From Octopus bimaculoides (lineage: Eukaryota): 64,000 nucleotides of DNA. Of the stretch, positions 38,689 to 52,632 are shown one piece after another. The DNA lies in the NCBI RefSeq assembly GCF_001194135.2, contig NC_068981.1, positions 18,149,758 through 18,213,757 of the forward strand, given 5' to 3'. The position numbers were made by a program, and so were the translations under genes. The notes below the pieces were generated by a model. That model was not told the origin of the DNA, did not search any database, and was given only the letters and a program-made list of their open reading frames with translations. The stretch's first letter is position 1. Every line of letters starts with the position of its first letter.

Positions 38689-38764
38689 TATATTCAGTTT
38701 GTCTCGCCAGAATGAATCAGGGAAAGGACTTGAAAATTTAGGGGCAGCCATTATACCACTAAAG
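38689..38764 (+). CDS. Internal exon C of the same gene
   Basis: Acceptor catcttctatttgcag, donor AAG|gtaagt. 76 nt, phase 2 to 0, encodes IFSLSRQNESGKGLENLGAAIIPLK (equivalent to the C2 'DDFLG.v.ipl' segment). Confidence 0.85.
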
Positions 38765-38826
38765 GTAAGTGTTACTGAAGTGTTGAAGGCACATTTGAAA
38801 TTTTTCTTGTATTTCTTGTATTTCTA

Positions 38827-39034
38827 CAGGGTGTCCACAAAGTCTGGGTACATGAGATTAACACGTACTTTAAGAAATTATTATTTCTTATATTTAATTG
38901 TTTATGCTATGATTTTATTTACTCCATGTATCCACATGAGGATTAACACATACTTCAAGAAATTATTATTTCTTATATTTAATTGTTGATGTTATTTTAT
39001 TGACTCCATGTACCCAAACTTTGTGGACACCCTG
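38827..39034. mobile_element. Tc1/mariner-type MITE
   Basis: TA TSD. 28-bp TIR CAGGGTGTCCACAAAGTCTGGGTACATG (1 mismatch). Internal ~77-bp tandem duplication. Confidence 0.85.
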
Positions 39035-39782
39035 TACAATTATATATGTATATGTGTGTATATCTTTGTGTTTATTCCCCCACACTTGGTAAATGGTGTT
39101 GGTTTGTTTACATTCCTGTCACTTAGTGATTCGGCTAAAGAGGCTAATAGATTTAAAAATAAGTACTGGGGTCATTTTGCTTAGCTAACCCCTTCAAGGT
39201 GGTGCTCCACTATGGCCACAGTCCAATGTAAAAGATAAAGATTTACCTTCCTATTGTACCTGTATACAGGAAGATAGACTAAATTGTTAAGAATGAATAT
39301 TTTGCATAAAAGGAATACAAAAAATGAAAATAAATGAAATCAAAATGGAATAGACAGGACAAGATCAGAGAGAAGAGGAGACATTGAAGAGGTCACAGAA
39401 TGTATGATAAAAGAACTCTGACAATCATCATCATCATCATCATCATCGTCGTTTAATGTCCGCTTTCCATGCTAGCATGGGTTGGACGATTTGACTGAGG
39501 ACTGGCAAGCCAGCAGGCTGCACCAGGCTCCAATCTGATCTGGCAGAATTTCTACAGCTGGATGCCCTTCCTAATGCCAACCACTCCGAGCGTGTAGTGG
39601 GTGCTTTTATGTGCCACCGGCACAAGTGCCAGTAAGGCGACGCTGGTAACGATCATGCTCAAATGGTGCTATTTACGTGCCACTGGCATGGAAGCCAGAC
39701 AGCTGCTCTGGCAATGATCACGCTCGGACGGTGCTCTTAGCGCTACACTGGTACAGGTGCCATCATGATTTCGAATTCACTT

Positions 39783-39820
<38 letters not shown>

Positions 39821-40061
39821 CGTACATATGTATCTGTGTTTGTGTGTGTGTGTGTGTGGGGGGGTTGTGTTGTCCCCCACTACTGCTTGACAACTGGTGT
39901 TGGTGTGCTTACATCACCATGACTTAGCAGTGTCGCAAAAGAGACCAATAGAATAAATACAAGTCTTAAAAAAAATAAAAGTACTGCGTCAATTCATTCG
40001 ACTAGACTTCTTCAAGGGCAGCACCCCAGCATAGCTGCAGTCTAATGACTGAAACAAGAAA

Positions 40062-40827
40062 CAGATCCCCATAATATAACAAATTGTCAGTTAAAGTTTA
40101 GACAGTGTCACGTGACAACTCACTGGGGCTGCCTGCTGGAGCCTAGCAGCAGGTATTTAAAGGGAAATTTGACAAGACAGTCATTCGGCCACTGACACTC
40201 GTTGACGCTGCATCGAAGAGGCCAGGGAACAGAAGAAAGAAGACATGCACTCAACACCAGAGCTGAAGACACCTCCGAAAGGTGGGGCCCTGCCACGTCA
40301 AAATTGTAGAGGAGTAGGGGCCGAAACTGGATGTGGTTCCTCCTGATGATGTCTGGAGCTAACTGGATCCTATAAAGGAGCTGTTGTGGTAGCAGACCAC
40401 GAAACATGGTTGAAATCCCCCACTGGGTGTGATTTCCTTTAACAGTACAAGAACTGACTCTGTACTAACTTAGTAATGACCTTCTCTAGTACTACAAGAT
40501 CTAGCCCAGCTAGCTGTGACTTTTGCAGTAGACAAGAAGGGCTGACGCTGTACCAGCTCAATTAGTTATAATTCTCTCTCTTTAACGAAAAAGATCCCCA
40601 AATATAACAAATTATGAACTGTTTCACAGCTGGGCCAGTGTACTGGCTGTTTAACTGGGTGTGGTTTTCTCTAACAGTACAGGAATTAATTCTACTAGCT
40701 TAGCTATGACCGTTTCTAGTACTACAAGAACTAGCTCACTATCAGCTCAGCTAGCTGTGACTTTTCCAGTAGACAACAAGGGCTGACTTCATACCAGCTC
40801 AGTTAGTTATAATTCTCTCTCTATAAC
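40062..40827. repeat. Element with A...B-A-B split direct repeats
   Basis: A (agatcccca(t)aatataacaaatt) at ~40063 and ~40592. B (~165 bp, actgggtgtg...ataattctctctct.taac) at ~40423-40586 and ~40654-40827, clearly similar but diverged. Confidence 0.7.
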
Positions 40828-41275
40828 AATACAACAGTAACAGACTATCTACAAGAAATAAAAGCTGTTAGGCAAATTTAATTATCCAATTATGTCATTA
40901 TAGGAATATTAAGTGTCCCACAGAGAAATCAGATTCTACAGAGCCAAGGTTTGGGTAGTGGTGGGTAGTAATGGAAAGGTTGTCAACCTTATCGTCTTTA
41001 TTAAACAGAGTTGCTAAAGTGGAAAAGCATTTGGCAGGAATAAAACTAATATGCTACACTCCAGGAATCAGTACTGATTGAGGAATAAAGTTACTGTAAT
41101 ATCTAGAAATTAATGAGAGAGCTGCTTTGAAGAATTATGCCATGCGAGGACGGGATTTTCATCATCATCATTATTATCTTCGTCATCGTCATTGTCGTCG
41201 TTGTCGGCATCATCATCATCATCCTCATCATCATAGTTGTCATCGTCGTCGTTGTCATCATCATCATCATCATTG

Positions 41276-41312
<37 letters not shown>

Positions 41313-41525
41313 TGTTTTAATGTCCAATTTTCAATGCTTGTGTGATTCGGATGGAGTTTATTGAGGTAGATTTTTTTTTATGGCTGGATGCCCTTCCTGT
41401 TACCAACCCTTACCTGTTACCAAACAAGGTAATATTTCTCCATAGCCAGACGTGTTTTGCAGAATATTAGAAATAAATGACATTCATTTACAACAATCCC
41501 GCAATGTTGAGACAAGGACACAGAA

Positions 41526-41556
<31 letters not shown>

Positions 41557-43944
41557 GGCAGACACTCACACACACACATGTGTGTGTGTGTATGACAGGT
41601 TGTATCTTTCAGTTTGCATGTATGTAATCCATTCACATCTCACAAGGCTTTCTCCAGCCTGGGGCTATAGTAGAAGACACTTGCTCAAGGTGCTCCACTG
41701 TGGAATTGAACCAACACCCATGTGGCTGGGGAGCAGAGATTTCTTATCCACACAGCCACACCTGCACCTCTCAGTAAAAATACAGTTCGGTTTTAGTTTT
41801 TATTTTCACAGATTTAAGTAAGTGATGATATTTCTGTGCTTGAGAAGACCTGCCCAGCAAATGAAAATCCATGTCCATGATCCCCACCCTGCCTCCACAA
41901 CCCACCCATGCTCACCACCACTGTATCCCCCCTCCCTTCTATTTTGTCTCTTGTATCCACCTACCTGCCTGCACACTGTATACCCCGGTTAGATCGCTTC
42001 CTTTCCTCCCACCTCTCACTCCTACTCTCCTTTTGAAATCTTGTGACCTCATCTCCTTACCCACCTTCTTCAATCCCTGGTCCTCTCCACTATATACAAC
42101 CATCCTGTAACTAGGGTTTATTGGTCTCTGTCACATCTTCACCATCTTTCTCTCCTCTCTCTCTTCTCCATCTGAGGTAGCCATACAAGGTAGTATCACA
42201 AGGTTCCCAGATTAGTTATGTTTAATAAAAAACAACTTATTTACCTAAATTTTAATATCATCTCCTTCGAAATAGTCAGTGGCTGTGTGGTAAGAAGCTT
42301 GCTTACCAACCNNNNNNNNNNGTCAGTGGCTGTGTGGTAAGAAGCTTGCTTACCAACCACATGGTTCCAGGTTCAGTCCCTTGTGAGTGGATTTGGTAGA
42401 CGGTAACTGAAAGAAGCCTGTCGTATATATGCATATGTATATATGTGTATATGTATATGTGAGTGTATATGTTTGTGTGTCTGTGTTTGTCCCCGCAACA
42501 TTACTTGACAGCCGATGGTGGTGTGTTTACGTCCCCGTAACTTAGCGGTTCGGCAAAAGAGACTGATAGAATAAGTACTAGGCTTACAAGAAATAAGCTC
42601 TGGGGGTCGATTTGCTCGACTAAAGGCTGTGCTCCAGCATGGCCAGAGTCAAATGACTGAAACAGATAACAGAATAAAAGAATAAAAGAATAAAAGAATG
42701 TGCAACAATACTCTGGTTCCAGTATTGCTGCCACTTTTGGAATCCAGGCTGGAGGTGAGTTGACAGTTGTTGCCATTGTTATTGTGGTCACCACTGCTGC
42801 CTTGGCAGAAACGTTAGGATGCCGGGCGAAATGCATAACAGTATTTTGTTTGTCTTTACGTTCTGAGTTCAAATCCTGCTGAGATCAGCTTTGCCTTTCA
42901 TCCTTTTGGTGGGAGTTGATAAATTAAATACCAGTTGTTGTACTGAGGTTGATCTAACTGACTGGCCCCCTCCCCCGAAATTTCGGGTGTTGTGCCTAGA
43001 ACAGAAAAGAATTTACCACATGGTTTAATACCACCACCATCATCCCCCCACCAAACCACCACCACCACCACCACCACCACCAAGACCGCCATCATCTTTT
43101 AACATCTGCCTTTCATACTGGCATTGGTTGGACAGTTTGACAGGATCTGATGGGTCGAAGGTCTGCCTCATGTGCCAGTGTCTGCTTTTGGCATGGTTTC
43201 TAAAGCTGGATGCCTTTCCTAATGCTACCCACTTTACTGAGTATCCTGGGTACTTCTTTCATGGCACCAGCACTAGTGAAGTTGCCACCACCACTGCCAC
43301 CACCCCACCACCACCACCACCACCACTACCTGGGCTTTGACGGTCTTCTGTGGAGTCTTCTCTGTAAATGAGCATTCACAGGTCTGGTCTCCAGCAGCCC
43401 AGGGTTAACTTCCCTCCACCGTTGCTGCCAATTGCAGAAGCTCCGCTCCATATGTATCATGGGCATTCACTTTGCTTTCCTGATGAAGCCATTATAAAAA
43501 AAAAAACAAAAAAAAAAACAGAAGCAAAAAATGCCAAAAGGAAAAAAAGCCAGAAAATAAACAAACAGATAAAAAACAAAACAAAAACGAAAATTAAATA
43601 TTCCTCGTTCTAAATGGATATTTGTTAGATTTCTGTTTAAAATTGAATGTGCTTTTGGCTTCAGTTTAGCTTTTAAAAAAATATAACAAAAAAACCAGAG
43701 TTTTCTGAAATTTAATCTCATTTCATGAAATCTTCATTTGGTAAAAACATATTCCATGAAAAACTTTTTTTTTTTAATTTAGAAATAAAATTCTCAATCA
43801 GGAAATAATAGTTTTTTTAATGTTCAAATGCTTAATGGTATTTTTTAAAATTATTATTTTTTTTTGAATTGAAACTTTCTTTTTTGTTTTTGTACTTACT
43901 GACCCACACTAGTTTAGTGTATCAATGGTAAGACTGTTGGGGGA

Positions 43945-44400
43945 TGCTGATGATGGTAAGAATGATGATGGTAACAGATGATGATGATGATGATGACGAT
44001 GATGATGTTGGCAAAGGGATGGGGGTGTTGCATATGGCTATGATGGTGGTAATGATGATGATGAAGATGATGTTGTTATTGATAATGATGATGGGAATGA
44101 TGATGATAATGATGATGGTGATGATAAGGATGATGATATCAATTATGATGATGGTGATGATGACGATGATGATGATGTCGATATGATGACGACGAGGATG
44201 ATGGTGGTGGTGGTGGTGGTTTGTTGTTTTTTGGCAGTGGTGGGTGGTGATAATGGTGATGGTGTTGATGTTGGTGATGGATGATTATTGTGATGAGGGT
44301 AGAGATGAAAATGGTAATGACAGTGATGATGAAGACGATGATAACGATGACAAAGATGAAGATGATGAGGATGATGATGATGATGATGAGGATGATGATG

Positions 44401-44449
<49 letters not shown>

Positions 44450-44695
44450 CGATGATGATGATGACAACGACGACGACGACGATGATGATGATGATGATGA
44501 TGATGACGATGATATGGCTGATACTGATGATGTTGAACATTGTGGTGGTAGTGGTAATGATAGAAGTGTTGTTGCTGTTGTTGTTGTTGTTGTTGGTGGT
44601 GGTGGTAGTGTTAGTGGTAGTAATACTGATTGCTGTAGTGGTGTTTGTGTTGGTGACAGTTGTTGTGATGCTTATTGTGTTGTTGTTGTTGTTTA
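43945..44695. repeat. Long degenerate (GAT)n/(GGT)n/(GTT)n triplet tract
   Basis: Direct reading. This tract explains the poly-D, poly-M and poly-I ORFs. Confidence 0.9.
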
Positions 44696-44809
44696 GCTCC
44701 TTCCCCTCCCCCCTATGAACCCCTTTGGTTCCTATTTTACTCAGGTGGACCCTCATAACTATTCAATGTTTTAAGAATCCCATTACATTTTTATAATTAA
44801 ACATTATTA

Positions 44810-45290
44810 GAGGTGCATGGCTCAGTGGTTAGAGAATCAGGTTCACATTCATGAGGTAGTGAGCTTGATTCCTAGACCAGGCTGTGTGGTGTGCTCTTGA
44901 GCAAGACACTTATTTCACATTGCTCCAATTCACTCAGCTGTAGAAATGAGTCGCGACGTCACTGGTGCCAAGCTGAATCGGCCTTTGCCCTTCCCTTGAA
45001 TAACATCGGTGGTATGGAGAATGGGGGATGGTAGGCATGGGTGACTACTGGTTTTCCATAAACAGTCTGGCCTGGATTTGTGCCTCAGAAAGTAACTTTC
45101 TAGGTGCAATCCCATTGACCGAAGGGGATCTTTACCCTTTACCCTATGTACTTATAATGGTGTAGAGAGGGGAATCTGGTATGCATGGGTGATTGCTGGT
45201 CTTCCACAAACAACCTTGCTCCGATTTGTGCCTTAGAGGGTAAATTTCTAGGTGCAATCTTCATGACCAAAGCGGGGTCTTTACACTTTA
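44810..45290 (+). mobile_element. tRNA-derived SINE family D with duplicated tail
   Basis: Head tggctcagtggttagag...gattcctagacc, core ttgagcaagacactt...cactcagctg. The tail module aactttctaggtgcaatc...tctttac is repeated twice. Related copies at 23375-23480 and 57410-57560. Confidence 0.7.
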
Positions 45291-45929
45291 TCCATTGGGG
45301 GTTGTATAGAAAATAAAAAAAAATATTTTGTGTATTGCAAAAGTATAAACAGTTTTTTTGCACACAAATTTTAGCAACAAACTCTTATATTGACAGTCAA
45401 GGGTCATATGAACCCAGACTGAAGACCACAGCTCTTGGTCAATCCTGACCACGTAGATTTATGATGAAAAATACTCCAGCTCTGATCACCTTTTCGTTTT
45501 CTTGGGATCAAAGAATGTCTAGGAATATATTATCAAATGTATTCTTCTTATTTTTAAGATAACAAGGAGTAATTTTAGAAAGATTTGACTGCTATTTCTA
45601 GCAGGTAGTGTGATCACATGCAGGTTTATTCTATTCTGTGTTGTTGTTGTTGTTGTTGGTGATTTTACTTTGTATCTTTTGGTTTTAAAATAGATACATC
45701 ACATCCCTCCATGTGGCAACTGGAAAGAATTTTTTAGTAATAGATTTTAAGAATTAAGGACGATCCATGATATTGTCTACGATTCTGCTGCAGTCTTCAA
45801 ATTCCATTTCCATTTAGACTGTCTTCTGCATGTGAAGAAAATCAGATAAGTTTATCTGATTGACAAAGCAGATTAAGAAAAGAGAGAGAGAGAGAGAGTC
45901 TTCTTTTGAAATGATAAATTTAAAGTGTT

Positions 45930-48359
45930 TAAAGTTTAAAATTTTTAGAACATAAAAGCATTGTAACCGAATGTGATGATCCACTTTGCATCATCAAAGA
46001 AACTTACTTGGCTTCTGTATTGGTAAGAGAAATGCAAAGACTTCCATCAAAATTTTGGAGAGCTGAACCAGAACTCTTACTCTTGAAAGCCGCTTAACTA
46101 GAGCAGCTATGTCTTTGCTATCAATATATTCATAAAGTCTTTTAAAAGCATAGAAATATTTTGAATGTCTTTGTAGGTAATTAACATCATCATCGTTTAA
46201 CGTCTGCTTTCCATGCTGGCATGGGTTGGACAATTTGACTGAGGACTGGTGGACCAGGTGGCTACACCAGGCTCCAATCTGATTTGGCAGAGTTTCTACA
46301 GCTGGATGCTCTTCCTAACGCCAACCACTCCGAGAGTGTAGTGGGTGCTTTTACGTGCCACCGGCACGAGCGCCAGTCAGGCGGTACTAGCAACAGCCAC
46401 GCTCGAAATGGTGTATTTTACATGCCACCTGCACAGGAGCCAGTCCAGCGGCAACGATCTCGCTCGAATGTCTTTTCATGTGCCACTAGCACAAGTTTCC
46501 AGTAAGGCGACGTTGGTAACAATCATGCTCAAATGGTGCTATCTACATGCCACCGGCACGGAAGCCAGACAGCTGCTCTGGCAACGATTACGCTCGGACG
46601 GTGCTCTTAGTGCTCCACCGGTAAAGGTGCCATCACGATTTCGCTTTTGCTGACTAGTTTCTTAAGCTGACTTCCATTTATAAAGTTAATCATTTTTTTT
46701 TTCTCTTAATGCTTCTCTGTATACAATGCAGTAAATACCGACACAGACAGGGGAAACATGTTTTTCACATAGCACTATACTTAACAGAATACCCACCATG
46801 GCAACTGTTCCATCAGTAGTTAGCTAAATACATTTGTCCCAGGAAATTCTGATTATAATAAGAAAATCCTCATTGTTATTGAAAGAGTCTTCAGCGATTT
46901 CCTCTGCTATGTCAGTACAACATACTGTTCAAACTTTTATATCCTGTATCTTGTCAGAGACATCTGGTAAATTCCATAACAAAGAAATTGTGCACAGTTC
47001 TGTCGATGCTTTCAACCATTTATAAGCCATAGCATGGTGCATTCTGTTATTTGTGCAAGACTTGGTCTTTTAAATTTTTTTACACAAATCTTCTGCTTTG
47101 TCTTATTGTGCTGTTTATTATAAAGTAGTGTTGTATGATGTTAAATGAATAGAAACATAAGTAAAGAGCTTGGTAGTGTGTCTCGGGCCAAGAGGCAGAG
47201 AGCATGAACTGTTAATATCAATGTTACTGCTTTGAAACTAGTTTAAAAATTTTATGATTTTTATGGCCTTCAGAATTATAAATAGAAGGTTATTCACTGA
47301 AATATATTGGTTTCAAATTTTGTCACAAGGCCATCAAGCTCAGGGGAGGGGGTCAGTCAATTACATCGACCTCAGTGTTCAACTGGGACTTATTTTATTG
47401 ACCCAAAAGGATGAAAGGCAAAGTGAACCTCCGTGGAATTGGAACTCAGATGGACGAAATGCTGAAAAGCATTTTGCCCAGCATACTAACAGTTCTGTCA
47501 GCTCACTGCCTTAATTTACTGAAGTATATTGCTATGTAAAATGAGTTGCCATATTTGATGGTATATAAGATGCACTTTCTTTACAAAAACATCTTTCAAA
47601 AAAAAAAAAAAAAGGATCAAACTAAGTCCCACGTGCAAAGCCGAGCCTCCCATAACCTAATTTTGTCCCTGATGTTCTCTTTTTCCTGAATATGTACCGT
47701 TGAAACGGGTGTGCATCTTTTATGCTTGTGTGTCCTTTAGACCATCAAATACATTTTCACATAATTGATCAATCTGTCAGAGAGAAATAAGAAAGTTTTG
47801 GTTTTCTGTCATAAAAAGATAAAGTTAGTCTTGATTATTGGCTGAAATAGGTGAAAATTTGTTGAAAAAGCATCTTATTATTGCCTTTGTTCAATGAAAA
47901 TAAAATTTAAGTGCATAAAAGAAATGTCTTAGAGAAAAAGAAAATTAGCAACTTACCATATTTTTAAAGTCTAGTATGATTAAAACAACATTTGATTATC
48001 AAAAATAGCATGCTGTAAATTAATAATGAAAATTAATATAAATAAACAAAACAATCTATTTCAGTGTTTTTTAATTATTTATGAGCATATCAATATCTTA
48101 AATGTTTTATTATTTTATCATGACAGTTAAATTCTTTTCTTTAGCCTAAAATCTCTTGAGAGCAGAAATGGTTCAACATTTAACACAAAATAAATTTTTT
48201 CTAAAAAATGTTTTTTTTTTTGTAATGTTAATGTTTTATCTAAAATTAACAATTTCGATAAATCTTATCTGATGAATTTTACTAACAAACTTTGTCAGAA
48301 CCCTGAACATATTGCTACAAACCCTCAGGGTTTATATGAACTCAGGTTGGTGATCACTG
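45930..48359 (-). mobile_element. hAT (Charlie/Buster-like) transposon remnant
   Basis: Minus strand: ISWDKCI*LTTDGTVAMVG...CIVYREAL, and AFKRLYEYIDSKD...KRLSRVRVLVQLSKILMEVFAFL. Terminus CAGTGATCACCAACC at 48359. Interrupted by an RTE tail (46186-46645) and a family B SINE. Confidence 0.65.
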
Positions 48360-49675
48360 GCCTAGAGTAACAAGAGAAACATGAGGATAGTTATTATAGT
48401 ACAACCAGTTTAATTAATATTAGGCCTGTATCAGCTATGAACAGAATAAAACAATAGGATCCAATCAAATTAGAAATGCTCTGTTTTAGCAAGAAGTAAT
48501 ACAAATAGATCAAATAGTGGAACATATTTCATTGGTGAAGAAGAAGAGAAATGTAATGTTTCATATATTTCTCATTCTTTGGATGGAGAGAGAGAAAGAT
48601 AAGAGATTTAATAAAGGACGAATATCCAAAATGCCAAACTTCTTCCTCGTGGCATAAAACATATTCTATCATTTGAGTTATAAACATAGATGTTGCTGTA
48701 ATCTCTAATCTCAGTGATAAAAGGATCCTCTGTTTGGATGCTAGGATTACTGGAAATTGAGGACAAATCTCCTTTAATCCCACTCTACTATCTTAAAATA
48801 GGCAGGACATGTTTAACAATACATATACCAGGAAATATGAAAAAAAGGTAACAGAATGGTCTAAGTTTTGATTATACATTAGTTAGACCAGAACTGATTT
48901 GGGGTAAAAAAAAAAAAAAAAAATACTTATACCAATGTGACAGTAGACACATATACAAACCTAACAGTCAGTTATGGCTGGTTTCAAAAATTAAGAGGTC
49001 CATCATAGATTATATCATAAGCTGTTATTAGTTTATTGCCAATTCAACATGGCTGTTCCATAAAAACCGACATTACTACCATTTTAACCCCAGGATGACA
49101 CTTCCAGCTGGTTGTTCAATACCCTCTACACCTGGTTCAATACCATCTACACCAGGCCTGAAATTTTGTGGGCTGGGGCCAGTTGATTAGATCGACCGCA
49201 GTATACAACTGGTACTTAATTTATCAACCCCGAAAGGATGAAAGGCAAAGTCAACTTCGGTGGAATTTGAACTCAGAACTTAAAGACAGACAAAATACCG
49301 CTAAACATTTCGACTGGCATGCTAACATTTCTGCCAGCTCGCCGCCTTTATATATATACTGTAAGGGTGGTGAACCCCTACCATCTTCCAGTCATGAAAC
49401 CACCATCCTGTATTATTGGTTTTGAATGCTTTGTGCTCATCCTTGGTGGTGGATTCTCATCCTCTAGAGATAGAAGTGGTTCACTTCAGTTCATAATATA
49501 TAGAAAATAAGTGACATCCAGTCATTGATCTTGCAACGAGCAGCTTAGAGATTTTCTAACGAGCTAATTTGCTTGTTGCAAGATCAGTGAGTGGGTGAAC
49601 TACTGTGCTTACATTTCATTATCTTTTGTGTCTTTTATGGATGAAACTTAAAATATTATGGTTAATTTGTTGCAG

Positions 49676-49795
49676 GAAATCTCACACATTGGAGAAGAAA
49701 AATGGTATGACTTGAATATTTCTGGCAGACGCTTGACTAAAAGTATGAAAACAATTGGGAAGATTTTCATGAAATTGAGTATTTCTGTTAAACAG
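49676..49795 (+). CDS. Internal exon D of the same gene
   Basis: Acceptor ttaatttgttgcag, donor CAG|gtaatt. 120 nt, phase 0 to 0, encodes EISHIGEEKWYDLNISGRRLTKSMKTIGKIFMKLSISVKQ (C2 end: 'eI...G..kWy.L...G.i.l.l'). Confidence 0.85.
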
Positions 49796-51465
49796 GTAAT
49801 TCTATCATCTTTCATATTTTGGTTAGGTAATTTCAGGTATGGCAGGAGCTGGTGTAGCTATGTGGTAAAAAATTTGTTTGCTAACTACATGGTTATGGGT
49901 TCAGTCCCACTGTGTGTCACCTTGGATAGGTGTCTTCTGGTATATTCTCTGGTTGACCAAAACCTTATCAATGGATTTGGTGAACATTGTAAGTGTATAT
50001 GTGTGTGTGTGTGTGTGTCACTGTCCCCTTGACTTGACATCACATGATAGTTGTAAACGAGTATCACCATCATACAAGTGGTGTCCTTTGTTTCCAATCA
50101 TTGGTTAAAACCTATCTGGACATCATCATCGTTTAACATCCGCCTTCCATGCTAGCATGGGTTGGATGATTTGACTGAGGACTGGCGAACCAGATGGCTG
50201 CACCAGGCTTCAATCTGATTTGGCAGAGTTTCTACAGCTGGATGCCCATCCTAATGCCAACCACTCCAAGAGTGTAGTGGGTGCTTTTATGTGCCACCGG
50301 CACGAGGGCCAGTCAGGCAGTACTGGCAACGGCCACACTCAAAATGGTGTTTTTTACGTGTCACCTGCACAGGAGCCAGTCCAGCGGCACTGGCAACGAC
50401 CTCGCTCGAATGTCTTTTCACGTGCCACTGGCACAAGTGCCAGTAAGGTGACACTGGTAACGATCACGCTCAAATGGTGCCATTTACATGCCACTGGCAT
50501 GGTGACATATAACCTTAGTTGAAAACAGGTAAAGTTTGGCAACAGGATGGGCATCCAGCTGTAGAAAATCCATTTCATTAAATTCTATCAGACTCATCTA
50601 AGCATGGAAAAGTGAATATTAAAATGGTGATGATGATGATGATAATGAATGCTAGCTGAGGATGGCAATATATAAAGAACTATGATTAATTTAATGTGTG
50701 ATCATTTAAACATATGTAGCTTATTAAAATTCAAAATAACACGTGCATATATGGTCTGTGTGTGTGTGTGATTTGTTACACCTAGTATTTTGTTAATATG
50801 AAATATCTAATAAGCATGTCATGAAGCATATAAATAAATTAATTAATTCTATATAAATATGCATATCTAATTATATTCTGAAATTGATTTTAGTCCTAAG
50901 ACATAGAGAGAATGTACGAGTCACACAACTTTTAACCCGTTTGGGTATCATTCAGCACTAGTACAGTCAGAACTGGACATGGTCTCCCCTGTAAAACTGT
51001 TTACATTTATAATTATATAAACCATTCAGTAAAGCACACAAATTCTGTATACGAGCATACATATGTAACCTGCAAATTATGCATAGTGGAATGGGCGAGG
51101 ATCCTAAAGGACTCCCTTGGCCCAGGGAACATCTTTAACTCCAGAATGGAGGTCTTTGGACTGTGCTCATATTTCAGGAAATTCCTGCTGGCCTATTGGA
51201 ACCCACAAGATGGAACGGTCACCAGTGATCGATAGCCAAGGAGAGACAATCCTCTTTGTTGACATTGATTAGTAGGGTCCTTTCCTCCTCCATATTCTAG
51301 AGAGGCCACTCATTAGAGAGGCTTTAAGCCAACAGATTTTGGGGTCTGATGATATGCCATAAAGCTAATCCCTTTATGGATGTGAAACCTAAGGTAATCT
51401 CATAAACCAGTCTTATCTAACGTTATTATATACTGATCTGTAACTTAGAGTCTGCTTCTTTTTTC

Positions 51466-51850
51466 AGATTAATGTTTTTACAGACAATCAGGGAGAAAAA
51501 CTAGAGGTAGTCGATAGCTTCCGCTATCTGGGTGACTAAGTTAGTAGTGGGGGTGGGTGCGCTGAAAGTGTAGCTGCTAGAATAAGAATAGCCTTGTCAA
51601 AGTTTAGAGAGCTCTTACCTCTGCTGGCGACAAAGGGACTCTCACTCAGAGTAAAAGGCAGACTGTATGACGCATGTGTACGAACAGCCATGCTACATGG
51701 CAGTGAAACATGGGCTGTGACTGCTGAGGACATGCGTAAGCTCGCAAGGAATGAAGCCAGTATGCTCCGCTGGATGTGTAATGTCAATGTGCATACCCGT
51801 CAGAGTGTAAGTATCTTGAGAGAAAAGCTGAACATAAGAAGCATCAGTTG
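51466..51850 (+). mobile_element. RTE LINE RT C-terminal fragment (relatively intact), runs into a gap
   Basis: GEKLEVVDSFRYLGD*VSSGGGCAESVAARIRIALSKFRELLPLLATKGLSLRVKGRLYDACVRTAMLHGSETWAVTAEDMRKLARNEASMLRWMC. Confidence 0.9.
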
Positions 51851-52588
51851 NNNNNNNNNNNNNNNNNNNNNNNNNNNNNNNNNNNNNNNNNNNNNNNNNN
51901 NNNNNNNNNNNNNNNNNNNNNNNNNNNNNNNNNNNNNNNNNNNNNNNNNNNNNNNNNNNNNNNNNNNNNNNNNNNNNNNNNNNNNNNNNNNNNNNNNNNN
52001 NNNNNNNNNNNNNNNNNNNNNNNNNNNNNNNNNNNNNNNNNNNNNNNNNNNNNNNNNNNNNNNNNNNNNNNNNNNNNNNNNNNNNNNNNNNNNNNNNNNN
52101 NNNNNNNNNNNNNNNNNNNNNNNNNNNNNNNNNNNNNNNNNNNNNNNNNNNNNNNNNNNNNNNNNNNNNNNNNNNNNNNNNNNNNNNNNNNNNNNNNNNN
52201 NNNNNNNNNNNNNNNNNNNNNNNNNNNNNNNNNNNNNNNNNNNNNNNNNNNNNNNNNNNNNNNNNNNNNNNNNNNNNNNNNNNNNNNNNNNNNNNNNNNN
52301 NNNNNNNNNNNNNNNNNNNNNNNNNNNNNNNNNNNNNNNNNNNNNNNNNNNNNNNNNNNNNNNNNNNNNNNNNNNNNNNNNNNNNNNNNNNNNNNNNNNN
52401 NNNNNNNNNNNNNNNNNNNNNNNNNNNNNNNNNNNNNNNNNNNNNNNNNNNNNNNNNNNNNNNNNNNNNNNNNNNNNNNNNNNNNNNNNNNNNNNNNNNN
52501 NNNNNNNNNNNNNNNNNNNNNNNNNNNNNNNNNNNNNNNNNNNNNNNNNNNNNNNNNNNNNNNNNNNNNNNNNNNNNNNNNNNNNNNN

Positions 52589-52632
<44 letters not shown>

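Noticed and set aside
40260-40412. CTGAAGA, CTGATGA and two GAAAC motifs in the split-repeat element
   Set aside because: No arrangement gives paired stems I, II and III with a proper core.
42276-42356. Duplicated SINE head around a 10-N gap
   Set aside because: Contig-end overlap artefact.
44139-44756. Poly-Asp, poly-Met and poly-Ile ORFs
   Set aside because: (GAT)n tract open in several frames, with no splice or domain evidence.
50940-51420. GC-richer unique-looking segment
   Set aside because: No open frame or motif could be recognised. Possibly an old TE, left unannotated.
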